DNA of 59,997 bases from a bacterium (GTDB lineage Bacteria; RBG-13-61-14; DATKZS01), in assembly GCA_046484135.1 (NCBI GenBank), contig JAWOBU010000262.1:1-59997 (forward strand). Reading direction: 5' to 3'. Shown piece by piece: positions 18,555-29,826 of the stretch. The notes beneath the pieces were generated by a model. That model saw only the letters and a list, made by a program, of their open reading frames with translations. It ran no database searches and had not been told where the DNA came from. Made by a program: the position numbers and the translations under genes. How positions within the stretch are numbered: position 1 is the first letter of the stretch; each line of letters begins with the position of its first letter.

Positions 18555-18588
18555 TGGAACCTCGCAAACGGGAAGAGAGAGGCCGGGC

Positions 18589-19620
<1,032 letters not shown>

Positions 19621-19632
19621 TTTTTCGCTCCC

Positions 19633-21237
19633 TCATCCGGATATGATCTTGTAGTTCTGCTGGAGAGTTTCCACCCGATCTTCGTTCCCCTTTTCCTTGT
19701 AGATTTTTATGAGGTACCCGTAGGGAATGGGGTTAAAGGGATTTATCTCCAGGACCTGTTCAAACGTCTGTTTCGCCTTGTCGTACTTTTCCAGCTTGTA
19801 AAAAGACCTTCCCAGGTTGACGTGGGAGGTCGAGTAATCGGGCACCAGCTTGATGGCTTTCTGCAGTGGCTCGATGGAGCTTTCGTACTCTTCCGCCATA
19901 TAATAGCAGAGACCGAGCTTGTTTAGAATCTTGACCGAGTAAGGGGCGATCTCTTTTGCTTTTTTATACTCGGCTATGGCGGCATGGAGATGGCCTCGGT
20001 CGCGCAGCAGGTCCCCGAGCCGGGCGTACTTATACTCCTTGCCCTTCTCGACCTCGGACTCCTCGACCGGGTCCGACTCCTGGAAATCTTGTTCGCCTTT
20101 TCTTATCTCGTAGACGGTTATCTCCATGCCGGGAAGCTCTTCGTATCCCTGGCTCCGGGCATGTTGTACCCAGTCGTCCCAGAACTTGTCGAACTCCATG
20201 CCGGTGGACCTTTTTATGGCCCCCTTCCAGTCGTTCATGTCTTTCATCTCGCTGCACAGCTTGAACACCAGCGGCCAGCCGCCTTTTTTTACCAGGTAAT
20301 CCACCACGGTGGTGACCTCGGCAAAGGCCAGTTGGCCCTGCCGCGGGGTCTCCAGCTTGGCAAAGCTCGGGTGCATCCTCTCGAAGCTTATAAGCTCGCC
20401 CATGCGGAGCGCAGACGCCAGCACGCTTTTCTGGGAAGGAAGAAGATGTCCGCCCACGTCCTCTCTCCATCTCAGCTCCATGTACTTGGCTATTCCCTCG
20501 TGGAGCCAGATGGGGACGGTGTCCCCGAACCGCTGGTAAATCAAAAAATGTACAAGCTCGTGCGAGAGGGTGTCGCGGTAGGGATAGCCTCGTACCAGGA
20601 TGCGGGGACTGTTCACCATTAGCCGTCGGTACTTGCATACTGCGATGGTTCCCGAGTTCTCCAGCTCTTCTTCGGAAAGGCCGGTGGCCGCGGAGAAATC
20701 GTCGAAAGTGGGGTAGGCCTCGACCAGGATGGGAGGCTCTGGTTTTACTCCTATGTCCTGGGTAAGGTTGTCGTATGCCTTCTCTAAAGCTTCCAGCGCC
20801 GGCCCCGCCAGCACTTTGTCCTCCGGGTTGGCGTACCTGAAGATGAAATGCTCGGAGCGCTCCGTAGGCGCGTCTTTCCATACATCGGTCAGGACTTCTA
20901 TCCTGTTCCGGAGCGAATCTGCCCGGTCCGTGCCCAGCTCATCTGCCGGGACCTTTTCCAGTTGTTCTTGGGCGGCCGGGTAATCGCCTTGGTAAAAGAA
21001 GTACCAGGCGCGGAAGAGCCGGGCAGCGTGCTCCTGTTTTTCTCCGTCCGCTTTTTCCAGGAGTTCGTTCGATATATTGCGGGCCTGGGAATACTCCCAG
21101 TTTTGAAGCGCCTGCCGGCCCTGTTGCCGGAGCTGATAAAAAGACTGCTCCTCTGCAGGAGAGTACGATCCCAGCGCGGACAGCCACAAAAGCGCCGCCA
21201 GAAAAATACCCATGCGCGACCATCTAACTATCTTCAT
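19633..21237 (-). CDS. Exported TPR + peptidase MA-like (gluzincin) protein
   Basis: Signal peptide; HELVH...PIWLHEGIA zinc motif; C-terminal TPRs. Confidence 0.85.
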   Translation of the reverse strand: MKIVRWSRMGIFLAALLWLSALGSYSPAEEQSFYQLRQQGRQALQNWEYSQARNISNELLEKADGEKQEHAARLFRAWYFFYQGDYPAAQEQLEKVPADELGTDRADSLRNRIEVLTDVWKDAPTERSEHFIFRYANPEDKVLAGPALEALEKAYDNLTQDIGVKPEPPILVEAYPTFDDFSAATGLSEEELENSGTIAVCKYRRLMVNSPRILVRGYPYRDTLSHELVHFLIYQRFGDTVPIWLHEGIAKYMELRWREDVGGHLLPSQKSVLASALRMGELISFERMHPSFAKLETPRQGQLAFAEVTTVVDYLVKKGGWPLVFKLCSEMKDMNDWKGAIKRSTGMEFDKFWDDWVQHARSQGYEELPGMEITVYEIRKGEQDFQESDPVEESEVEKGKEYKYARLGDLLRDRGHLHAAIAEYKKAKEIAPYSVKILNKLGLCYYMAEEYESSIEPLQKAIKLVPDYSTSHVNLGRSFYKLEKYDKAKQTFEQVLEINPFNPIPYGYLIKIYKEKGNEDRVETLQQNYKIISG

Positions 21238-21238
21238 T

Positions 21239-24200
21239 TTATTTAACCAGCCTCTCGTAATAATCTTTGTTCAAGTTCTTATACTGTTCCGGGGCCTCCT
21301 CTTTCATGGCCTTCAGGATTTCTTCACGGTAATGGCCGGGGACCTTGTATTTGTCCTCGTCAGGTATGTCAACCTCGGCCTCCGGGTCGGGTGTACCTCT
21401 CCCGCCCTTTTGGGAAGGACTCGGCTTTTTACCTCCGCCAAAGCCCATGCTCCCCCCCGGCATCATGCTCTGAGACATCTTCTCGCTGGCCTGCTTGATC
21501 TTCTGCAATGCCTGCTCGAGCTGTCCCCGCGCGTGCCGGGCGGGTTGCTGCGCTGCTCCCGGCGCCTGGAGTTTCATCTCGCCCGAGGCCTCGTGCATCT
21601 TAAAGGCGGCTTCGTCCATGTGGCCGGGAACCTTGCCGGGAAGCGAGGGGGCCTCCTTTTTCAGCTCCTGGTACCTCTCCAGCATGGACTCGACATCGCG
21701 GCGGAGCGAGTCCTGCTCTTTTGCAAGCCCCTCCATCTCGTCTTTGCCCGCGGCGCCCGCGCTGCACTGGCCTTCTTTTTCCTCTACGCTTTCCAGCGCT
21801 TTTATGATCTTTTCGAGAGAACGGTCCGCGTTCTTCAGGTGATTATCCATGCGCTCGATACGCTCTTTCGGCCGTGCGTTTATGTCTTCGGAGTACTTCC
21901 TTGCTTTTTTGTCGTACTCCTCGAGCTTTTGTTTCATGTAGCGGGCCTTTTTCAGGGACTTTTCCAGGTTTCCTTTCTGCAGGGACTTGGCCATGTCCCG
22001 GAGGTCCATCCTCATCCCCTGCAGGGACCTCCCGATATTTTTTCTCTGTTTGGAGGCCTCTTTACTGTAGGGCTGGAACCTGCCTTTCTGATTGTATGAT
22101 TTTAAGCGGTAGAACTCGTGCTGAGCGCCGTCCAGGGATTCATCGAGCTTTTTCAGCATGTCCTCCGCTTTGTCGCCCGCTTCTTCCATGCGCTTTTGTT
22201 TTCCCTCTCTCTGTTTTACCTCCTCGGCGTGTTTTTCCTGGAGCACGTCTTCAATGGCCTTTTCCCGCTTTACGGCGTCCTGGATGCTTTTCTCCAGCTC
22301 TCCCAACTCGTTTAAGGTCTCTCGGGATATGGTCTGGCCGAACTGGTTGGCGTTTTTCTCCATGGCCGACGTCCATTTACCCATGTCGGAGAGGAAGTCA
22401 TCCGCCATCTTCATGGCCTGTTCCATGTCCCCGTCCGCCAGCGCCTTTTTCAGCTTTTGCATCTGGTCTGCCAGGTTTTTCACGTTCTCGTTTTTCATGG
22501 CGTCGGTGTTTATGAACTCCTCGGGCATTCCTTTCCTCATCTTGGACATGCGCTTCATGAGGCTTTTAAAGGCGCTCTCGAGCTCCGCCATTTTCTTACG
22601 GAGCTTCTTCAAGAGATCGGGGTCGCCGGTTTTCTTGAACTCGGACAGGAGGTCGGACAGCTCTGCCTGGGCCTCGTAGAGCTCGTCCGCTTCCGCCATC
22701 ATGTCCTGAATCCGTGCCTTTTTTATCATCTTGTCAAGGTACAGGATGTCGCTTTCCAGGTCCGAGGTATAGGTCGAGCGCAGGCTTGCAAGCTTTTTCT
22801 TTTTCTCGTCCCGGATGGGGGACTTGTCTTTCAAAAGCTCGCTTCGTTTTTCCAGCCTGCCCCGGTAACGGTTTTTCATTTCGCGCAAGGCGTCCGCCAT
22901 GATCTCGTCCGCGAACTTGTCGTTCTCCATGTCGGAGAGTAGCTCCGCCATGGTGTCCGCGATTTTTTCGCCTTCTTTTACGAGCTCCTTCTCGGTCTCT
23001 CGCAGGTCGGCGGCTTCCTGACCGGCCTTCAACGCTTCCACGATATGAGCTGCCAGGTGGTCAATGAACCGGTTTAGAAGCTCGTCCTGGCGGGCCAGTA
23101 TCTTGCGGTGGTTCTTGCGGGCGCTGTAGATTTCCAGTACCCGCGTCTCGCTCCTGCCGGTCCTGCCGGAAGCCACCTTGTTGTTGTCGGTAACCAGAAG
23201 ATAAAAAGGTATGCGCTCGCCCGGCTGAAACTCCATCTCGGACAAGCGCCACTCGTAATCGTCTTTCAGTCTTTTTTCGCCGTCCTTATTGGTCTTTTTT
23301 AAAGTGATCTTTTTGTTCTCGCCTTTTCTTTGATACACCAGCTCTATTTTGCTGACCCCGAAATCGTCGGAGGCTTCGTAGGAGACTTCCAGGGAATCTT
23401 CCTTGGCCACTTCCACGTCCGAGAGCGGAGTGAGCATGGAAATGCTGGGCGGCAGGTCTTCATCCACCACGATCCGGTGCGAGCCGGACTCGGCGCGCTT
23501 CTCCCCCTCCGTGCCCACACCTTCGATGTAGTAAGTGCCGGGCTCGGACAGGATAAGCTCCGCTTTTAACCGGTGATGGTCGCGGACCTTCATCTGGTAG
23601 TTCCCGCCTTCCGAGGTCACTATGGAAGCGGACTTAAGGGGCTCGAGCGACCGGGTCTTTACAATCACCTGGGTGCCTTTGAGCGCAGCTATGTCTCCGT
23701 TCGAGTTCTGCACGCTCTGGGAGGGAATGCGGCTGTAGGCGGGAAAGTTGTATTCAAGGGAGAAGTCGCCGGTAGTGAGGTCCAAAGTTTTTTGGGCGAC
23801 CTTTTTTTCCGGCGGTTCAAAGGACTTCAGGAAAAGGGCGTTAAAAGCGGTAAAGCTGCGGGCGGGAAAAATAAGCAATGCGGTTCCCACCAGCAGTGCC
23901 ATGGCCCCCGCCAAGATGGCCGGCCGTTTCAACTGTGATAAAGGAGCGGCCTTTTTCAGGTCAAGCCCTGCCAGAGAGGTCTCGGTATCTTCCAGGTGTT
24001 TTTGCAAAAGCGCGTAGCTGAAAGCGCCGGCGGCCCCTTCCGCGGCGCTGGCCCTTACCAGTTGTACCGAGTTTATAAGCGCGTTGTTAAGGCCGGGGTT
24101 CGCCTGTTCGACGGCCCGGGCCACCCGGTCCAGGTTCTCGCGTCTTATAAGAGGTCTTGCCAAAGCGTAAAAGACGGCGGTGGCCATGCCTGCGAGAAGC

Positions 24201-24379
24201 ACCAGCCGAAGCACCATGGCGTTCCAGCCGGAGACAGCAGGCAGGAGAAATACAGCCAATCCGGCACAAGCGCACAGCGCGGCCAGGCCGAGAAGCACGG
24301 ACCTCGCGAAGAAAAGGGACTTCCTTTTCCTGTCTACCTTTTTTAAAACCGACTCGATTTTTATGTAGCTTTGATTCAT
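21239..24379 (-). CDS. Large membrane-anchored coiled-coil protein (DUF4175-like)
   Basis: Three N-terminal TM segments, FPAYS, ASDDFGV Ig-like region, long M/E/K/Q-rich coils, C-terminal PEQYK....YYERL. Confidence 0.8.
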   Translation of the reverse strand: MNQSYIKIESVLKKVDRKRKSLFFARSVLLGLAALCACAGLAVFLLPAVSGWNAMVLRLVLLAGMATAVFYALARPLIRRENLDRVARAVEQANPGLNNALINSVQLVRASAAEGAAGAFSYALLQKHLEDTETSLAGLDLKKAAPLSQLKRPAILAGAMALLVGTALLIFPARSFTAFNALFLKSFEPPEKKVAQKTLDLTTGDFSLEYNFPAYSRIPSQSVQNSNGDIAALKGTQVIVKTRSLEPLKSASIVTSEGGNYQMKVRDHHRLKAELILSEPGTYYIEGVGTEGEKRAESGSHRIVVDEDLPPSISMLTPLSDVEVAKEDSLEVSYEASDDFGVSKIELVYQRKGENKKITLKKTNKDGEKRLKDDYEWRLSEMEFQPGERIPFYLLVTDNNKVASGRTGRSETRVLEIYSARKNHRKILARQDELLNRFIDHLAAHIVEALKAGQEAADLRETEKELVKEGEKIADTMAELLSDMENDKFADEIMADALREMKNRYRGRLEKRSELLKDKSPIRDEKKKKLASLRSTYTSDLESDILYLDKMIKKARIQDMMAEADELYEAQAELSDLLSEFKKTGDPDLLKKLRKKMAELESAFKSLMKRMSKMRKGMPEEFINTDAMKNENVKNLADQMQKLKKALADGDMEQAMKMADDFLSDMGKWTSAMEKNANQFGQTISRETLNELGELEKSIQDAVKREKAIEDVLQEKHAEEVKQREGKQKRMEEAGDKAEDMLKKLDESLDGAQHEFYRLKSYNQKGRFQPYSKEASKQRKNIGRSLQGMRMDLRDMAKSLQKGNLEKSLKKARYMKQKLEEYDKKARKYSEDINARPKERIERMDNHLKNADRSLEKIIKALESVEEKEGQCSAGAAGKDEMEGLAKEQDSLRRDVESMLERYQELKKEAPSLPGKVPGHMDEAAFKMHEASGEMKLQAPGAAQQPARHARGQLEQALQKIKQASEKMSQSMMPGGSMGFGGGKKPSPSQKGGRGTPDPEAEVDIPDEDKYKVPGHYREEILKAMKEEAPEQYKNLNKDYYERLVK

Positions 24380-25107
24380 GTTTCAAACCCGAACGCGGAC
24401 GTGCATTTCAATTTTAGACAACAATCCGGGCATTGTGGTTTCCGGGCGCGGCAAATACGTCTTCCATGTTTGATCAGGTTCAGGTGGAACCGGTAGTATG
24501 CCGAGGGTTCCACCAGCTCTCCCATCATGCGGTGAGCACGGGTTGCGTCTGTATTTTCCGGCACGAGGCCTGTCCGCCGGGAAAGACGCAACACGTGGGT
24601 ATCCACCGGGAACACGGGCTTGCCGCACGCGAAAAGAAGCACCACTGCCGCAGTCTTTTCTCCCACCCCATTGAAAGAACAGAGGTAGGGAAGCCCCTGT
24701 TCCACGGGCATGGCGCAGACCCTGGTAAGGTCCAGCTTTCCCTCCCGCTTTTTTATCTCGGCCAGCATGGCTTTGATGCGCGCGGACTTCTGCTTTGCGA
24801 GGCCTCCCGGCCGGATCAGTTTTTCCACTTTGGCGGGCTTCGCATGTAACACCTCCTCCCAGGAAGGAAGCTCATCCCGCAGTGCCTTATAGGCCCGGTC
24901 CCGGTTCACGTCATTGGTGTTCTGGCTCAGCACTGTCAGTATTAATGTATCCAGGGGGTCCGGATTTCCTTCCGGTGTTTTGTCGCCGTACTCTTTCTTG
25001 AGCCGGGCATCGCACCACCTTACCAGCTTGCGCTTCTGTTTGTCATCCAACTTCTTTTGTCCGTCCTTAGCCTGAGGATAGGTGAGCAGCCGGCTTTTTT
25101 CAATCAA
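24376..25107 (-). CDS. nth: Endonuclease III (HhH-GPD, 4Fe-4S)
   Basis: LSQNTND, GVGEKTA, VDTHV, HGRRICRARKPQCPDCCLKLKC. Confidence 0.92.
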   Translation of the reverse strand: MIEKSRLLTYPQAKDGQKKLDDKQKRKLVRWCDARLKKEYGDKTPEGNPDPLDTLILTVLSQNTNDVNRDRAYKALRDELPSWEEVLHAKPAKVEKLIRPGGLAKQKSARIKAMLAEIKKREGKLDLTRVCAMPVEQGLPYLCSFNGVGEKTAAVVLLFACGKPVFPVDTHVLRLSRRTGLVPENTDATRAHRMMGELVEPSAYYRFHLNLIKHGRRICRARKPQCPDCCLKLKCTSAFGFET

Positions 25108-25131
25108 TCTGTATAAACGGTCCCAATACCG

Positions 25132-26187
25132 CTATTGTTTTATTCCTTCCCGGAGATCGTTAAGGCCCTGCACAGGAACCGCCACGGTGTTGTCTTTTTT
25201 GGGCACGTACATAAGCCGGCAGGACATGCCGGGCATGCCTTGCTCGTACATGGCCCTCCAGCCTTCCACCAGGTAAGGGCAGAAGTCGTTAAAGCAGATG
25301 TATAAGTACTCGTCCGGCCACTCCACGAACGGGTCCTCCGGCACTTCCCACTTTGCGAGCTTCTCACCGCAGTAAGGGCAGCACAGGGTGTGCTTGATCT
25401 GCGACTTGCGGGCCTCCACTTCCTCTATGTCATATCCCTTGTCCATCACTGCCTGTAAAGACTCCTTGCGCTTTTTCGCACCGGCGCCGCCTTCCTTTTC
25501 CGCGAATACCGCGTAAACCGGGTCGCTGGGAACGCCCAGGTGAGAGTACTTGTCGTTCTCCGGCCTCGGCCTGCCCATGGAGACCTCGAGCTCCGGCTGT
25601 TCGAAACCGGCTTGCAGGAAAAACTCTTTAACCAGGTCCACCCGCTCGTTCTCCGAAGCCTCCTGCCAGACCTTGATCGCCTTGGGAGGGAAAAAGCGGT
25701 TGCTGAAGATGACCAGGAAAAGACCGCCCGGCTTCAACACCCTTTTGACCTCCTTGAAAAGCTGGACCGGCCGGGTCAGGTAGTCCACCGAAACCGTGTT
25801 CAATACCGCGTCAAAGGTGTTGTCCTTGAAAGGCAGGGATGCGTCCTTGTTGAGGTCGTGGATTATATACTCGTCAAGGTCGGGGTTTTGAGACAGCTCA
25901 TTCCTGTTGAGTCCCAGCCCGGCCACGTGGCAGGGCGCAAGGTGCTCGGGAAGGTGAGAGTCCCAGCCCGCCATCAGGTCCAGGATGACCGGCTCCTGCT
26001 CTGTAACCAGCCCGCCGATGATCTTCTCGACCGTAGTGAGCGCAGTAGTATCGAGATGAGAGACAAACCGGTCCTGTTCATAAAACAGGGCATCGTCGCT
26101 TTCGTCCTGCCTTGTGAAGGCGTCCTCGCTTTGCAACAGTATTTCGACGCTGGAGAGCTCCCACGGCATTTTAACGGCGGTACTCAT
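25132..26187 (-). CDS. Class I SAM-dependent methyltransferase fused to a C-terminal Cys4 Zn-ribbon-like domain
   Basis: DESDDALFY..RFVSHLD, LDLMAGWDSHL, SVDYLTRP, FSNRFFP; C-terminal CPYC...CFNDFC; AAAGGAG RBS. Confidence 0.88.
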   Translation of the reverse strand: MSTAVKMPWELSSVEILLQSEDAFTRQDESDDALFYEQDRFVSHLDTTALTTVEKIIGGLVTEQEPVILDLMAGWDSHLPEHLAPCHVAGLGLNRNELSQNPDLDEYIIHDLNKDASLPFKDNTFDAVLNTVSVDYLTRPVQLFKEVKRVLKPGGLFLVIFSNRFFPPKAIKVWQEASENERVDLVKEFFLQAGFEQPELEVSMGRPRPENDKYSHLGVPSDPVYAVFAEKEGGAGAKKRKESLQAVMDKGYDIEEVEARKSQIKHTLCCPYCGEKLAKWEVPEDPFVEWPDEYLYICFNDFCPYLVEGWRAMYEQGMPGMSCRLMYVPKKDNTVAVPVQGLNDLREGIKQ

Positions 26188-26461
26188 TTTTCAACTCCTT
26201 TCGTTTGATTAGAATGATTACTGTTACTACTTACTCTATAATTTGGGTCCGGTTTACGATTTGTCAAGCCCGGGAACAGTTATTTTTCTCAATAATCCCA
26301 TGGCAATAAAATATTATATGGCATCAGATATCCCCTTCGGTGGTGCCGTGCGGACTTGAAAGCCGGGTTTTACTCTGTTCTTTAATCTGATAACATTACG
26401 AAAACACGGGACACGCAGGCCGCGGCCGAGCAGGGGTGTTCCCGGGGGTCAAACTCGAACC

Positions 26462-27313
26462 ATGAAAGAGGGCGGTTATAAAGAGTTCCGGAGAAACGGG
26501 TGGGAAGGGCTTTTAGCTCCAGAGCATGAAAAGGACCTTGTAAAGCTCTTTTCGGCAGATAAGTTTCCCTCGGCCGGCTTTGAGGGACTGGTGGAGGAGT
26601 TCCACAGCAACGTGGGCCGGACCTTCCGGGTGTATCTTTGCCGTGAGAGCGCCTCCCCCGACTTTTACGCCAAGAGCTTCGAGGTGGAGGGCATCCTTCA
26701 GGTTTTAAAGAGCGTTTTTGTCTTGAGCGCCGCCGCCCGTTCGTGGAAAGCGGCGCGTGTTCTTTCCGAGAGCGGCATAGCGGTCCCTCGGCCGGTCGCC
26801 TTTGCAGAGAGGAAAAAGCTCGGTCGCAGGGCGGAGAGCGTTATTATAAGCGAGGCTGTCGCAGGCTCGGAGGGTATGAACCTCCAGAACTACTTTATAA
26901 AGCACTTCGATCAAAAGCCGTTAAGCCGCGAAAGACTCCGCGAGAAGCGCCTTATATTGCAAAAGCTGGCGGAGCTGTACTCCCTGGCCCATTCGCAGGA
27001 TACGATATATCTTCCCGACTTCCATCCCCATAACATGCTCTGGCAGAAACGTGGCGAAGGCGACTATAGCCTTTACCTGGTGGACTTCGACGAGGTCAAC
27101 TTCCGGGTGAGAAAGAACGACCGCCTGAAGAACCTGGCCAGCCTTTGCAGGAACGCGGACAAGATCGTAAAGAAGATGGACCACAACGTCATCACCACCG
27201 GCGATCGGCTCCGGTTTCTACGCCATTACCTGGAAGACCTGGGAGAGAAAGAGGGCACTGCTGACTTGGAGGAGTTGTGGAAAAAGGTGCTTGATAATCT
27301 GTACCTGAGGTAA
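26462..27313 (+). CDS. Kdo/WaaP/InaA-like lipopolysaccharide kinase family protein
   Basis: FYAK, GIAVPRPVA, catalytic loop DFHPHN, LVDFD, TGDRLRFL. Confidence 0.8.
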   Translation: MKEGGYKEFRRNGWEGLLAPEHEKDLVKLFSADKFPSAGFEGLVEEFHSNVGRTFRVYLCRESASPDFYAKSFEVEGILQVLKSVFVLSAAARSWKAARVLSESGIAVPRPVAFAERKKLGRRAESVIISEAVAGSEGMNLQNYFIKHFDQKPLSRERLREKRLILQKLAELYSLAHSQDTIYLPDFHPHNMLWQKRGEGDYSLYLVDFDEVNFRVRKNDRLKNLASLCRNADKIVKKMDHNVITTGDRLRFLRHYLEDLGEKEGTADLEELWKKVLDNLYLR

Positions 27314-27321
27314 CGAAAAGA

Positions 27322-27534
27322 TAACCCACACAAATCGCATTTCCGGTTAGCCCACACAACTCGTTTGTGTGGGCTAACGCGCAAGGCGCGACTGCAGGTG
27401 CTCTGTAAACGAGCATTCCAACACTTCTGCGGCTTGGCTTATCCCGTAATAAGCAAAAGACTTTGCTTAAACATCATCCCCTAAATTATCTCTCCCATGA
27501 TCTTTCAGATCACCCACACAACAAGTTGTGTGGG
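27322..27534. repeat. Cluster of CCCACACAA..TTGTGTGGG palindromic (REP-like) elements
   Basis: Perfect 14-bp inverted repeat at 27346-27378, 10-bp inverted repeat at 27513-27534, half copy at 27322-27333. Confidence 0.75.
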
Positions 27535-27606
27535 CCATCAATCAATCCAGAGAATTCAGTCCCCCTAAGACAACCACCCAATTCGTCCACCAATGACAGG
27601 GCCTCC

Positions 27607-29112
27607 TTACTCCCGGCTGTTCCCTCCCAGGAGGTCCATGAGCCTGGTGTCGAGTGAGGCGGGGCGGGCGCGGGTTTTGGCCCAGTCGCGCAGGGCTTTG
27701 ATCTCCTCTTCCATGGTTTCGGATAGGGGCACGGTCTCGGCTACCGCCCGGAGGATGTCCTTGGTCTCGAACTCGCGGCCGTCGGTGAAAGCCTCGTACA
27801 TGGCGGATATCACGGCCTGTTCGATCTCGGAGCCGGAGAAACCCTCGGTGGAGGCGGCGAGCTCGTCAAGCTCGTAATTTTGCGGCTCGCGGTTTCTCTT
27901 TTCAAGGTGGATGCGGAATATCTCGCTCCGCTCCGCCGGGCGGGGCAGGTCCACGAAAAAGATGTCGTCGAACCTGCCTTTTCTCACCAGCTCGGGCGGA
28001 AGCTCGGAGATGGTGTTGGCGGTGGCGATCACATAGACGGGGCTCGTCTTTTCCTGCAGCCAGGTAAGGAAGGATGCAAAGGCCCGGGCCATTTTGCCGT
28101 GTGCCTCACTGCCGCTGACGCGGTGGTGGGAGAACCCTTTCTCGATCTCGTCAATCCAGAGCACGCAGGGGGACAGACCTTCCGCCATCCGGAGGGACCT
28201 TTGCAACTGCTCACCCTCCGACTCCCGGCCCAGGATGGCGGTAAGATCGAGCCGGATCAAGGGAATGCCCCACAGGGCGCTCACCGCCTTGGCGGACAGG
28301 CTCTTGCCGCATCCCTGCACGCCAAGCAGCAGAAGCCCCTTGGGCTCGGGCAGACCGTAACTGCGGGCCTTTTCGCCGAAGGCCTCGGCCCGGGCGGTAA
28401 GCCATTTCTTGAGAAGGTCCAGGCCGCCTACGTTATCGAGCTCCTCCGTAATCTCGTAGAACTCGAGCAGCTCCGACCGGCGCAGTATCCGGCGCTTTTC
28501 CTCCAGCACCCTTTTCACATGCTCCCGGGAAAACTCGGGGTTCTGGTGAATGAGCCGCTTTATCATCCTTTTCATTTCCCGGGCGGTGAGACCGCGTGCG
28601 GCCCGGACCACCGCGTCCTGCAGGGAGTCGTCGGACTGGAGGTTGGTAGGAGTGCGGACCTCCTTTAAGGTCTGGACCAGTATTTCCCGGAGCTCGTCCG
28701 GTCCGGGCGGGTCCAGGTCCAGTATCAGCATGTCCTTTTCCAGGTCGGTAGGCACCATGGACAGCGGCCCGATAAACACGATGCTCTGGTGCCGCGACTC
28801 CAGCAGGGGGACCAGGTCCCGGAGCTTCCGGAGCACCACCGGGTCATGGAGCTGGGAATGAAAGTCCAGGAGAACGAACAAGCGCGGATCAGCAGCAGCG
28901 CCGATCCGGGCAAGCCCCTCCGCAGCGGAGCCCGGCGCAACGTCTTTCTCGCCGAATCCCCGCGTCAAAGACCATACGCTCACCGGACGCGACAGCAGCG
29001 TTCCCGACTCCTTCGTAAGAGAAAGCGCCCGCTCTTCCTCCCACGTAACGATCTGCACCAGCACGTAGCCCGCAGCCAGGTAATGGGAAAGTTCTTGACT
29101 GTCCTTCTGCAT
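27607..29112 (-). CDS. Ycf46/SpoVK-like AAA ATPase
   Basis: TWEEER N-terminus, [44 protein letters not shown]. Confidence 0.92.
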   Translation of the reverse strand: MQKDSQELSHYLAAGYVLVQIVTWEEERALSLTKESGTLLSRPVSVWSLTRGFGEKDVAPGSAAEGLARIGAAADPRLFVLLDFHSQLHDPVVLRKLRDLVPLLESRHQSIVFIGPLSMVPTDLEKDMLILDLDPPGPDELREILVQTLKEVRTPTNLQSDDSLQDAVVRAARGLTAREMKRMIKRLIHQNPEFSREHVKRVLEEKRRILRRSELLEFYEITEELDNVGGLDLLKKWLTARAEAFGEKARSYGLPEPKGLLLLGVQGCGKSLSAKAVSALWGIPLIRLDLTAILGRESEGEQLQRSLRMAEGLSPCVLWIDEIEKGFSHHRVSGSEAHGKMARAFASFLTWLQEKTSPVYVIATANTISELPPELVRKGRFDDIFFVDLPRPAERSEIFRIHLEKRNREPQNYELDELAASTEGFSGSEIEQAVISAMYEAFTDGREFETKDILRAVAETVPLSETMEEEIKALRDWAKTRARPASLDTRLMDLLGGNSRE

Positions 29113-29398
29113 TTAACCGTCCCCTTTCAGTAACTTTTGAACTTATCATCTATTGACGCTCATGAAAAGGGCTTGTCTGTTTAAAGTCCGGAGAGTGCCG
29201 CAAAGGCGGTCTCTTTCCTGAAAAGCGGGAATGCCATTGCCCGTTCCCGGTTGCATTTAGAATAGCGGCGTGCTAAAAATAAAATTGTAAACGGATGGCC
29301 GGAAAAGCTGTAGTCTTCACTCCCTATTTCGCTGCAAGCCCATTTCCGCGGGCGGGTTTTTCTTCCCGCCGGTTTTCGTATCATAACAAGGAGCGGGC

Positions 29399-29659
29399 AT
29401 GAAATACTGGCGTACTCCATTAGACTTGGATAAAGTTCAGGTTCCGAAAGGCAGGGTTCACATCATCGAGGACCGCTGCAAGGGCTGCGAGCTTTGCGTG
29501 GAGTATTGTCCGCGGGGCGTTCTCCGTCTCTCCCACGAGTTCAACGTCAAGGGGTACCACCCCCCCGAGGTGGTGGATGAAAGCCTTTGCGTGAATTGCC
29601 ACTTTTGCGAGGTCATCTGCCCGGAGTTCGCCATTTTCTCGGTGGAGTACAGGGAGTGA
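29399..29659 (+). CDS. korD: 2x[4Fe-4S] ferredoxin, 2-oxoacid:ferredoxin oxidoreductase delta subunit
   Basis: CKGCELCVEYCP and CVNCHFCEVICPEFAI; AAGGAG RBS; precedes the alpha subunit. Confidence 0.88.
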   Translation: MKYWRTPLDLDKVQVPKGRVHIIEDRCKGCELCVEYCPRGVLRLSHEFNVKGYHPPEVVDESLCVNCHFCEVICPEFAIFSVEYRE

Positions 29660-29826
29660 GAAGAGCAGGAGCCGGATTTTTTTCCGAACTCTGGTTCCCG
29701 GCCGGTTTTTTCCGCATCTAAAAGAGTGGAGAAGTTGAAGGATAATAGAAAAGCCGACCCGGTTTCTTTGTTCCGCCTTCCCGCATTTGCCATCCCTGTA
29801 TTAACCGGATATCAAGGAGGCGTGTT

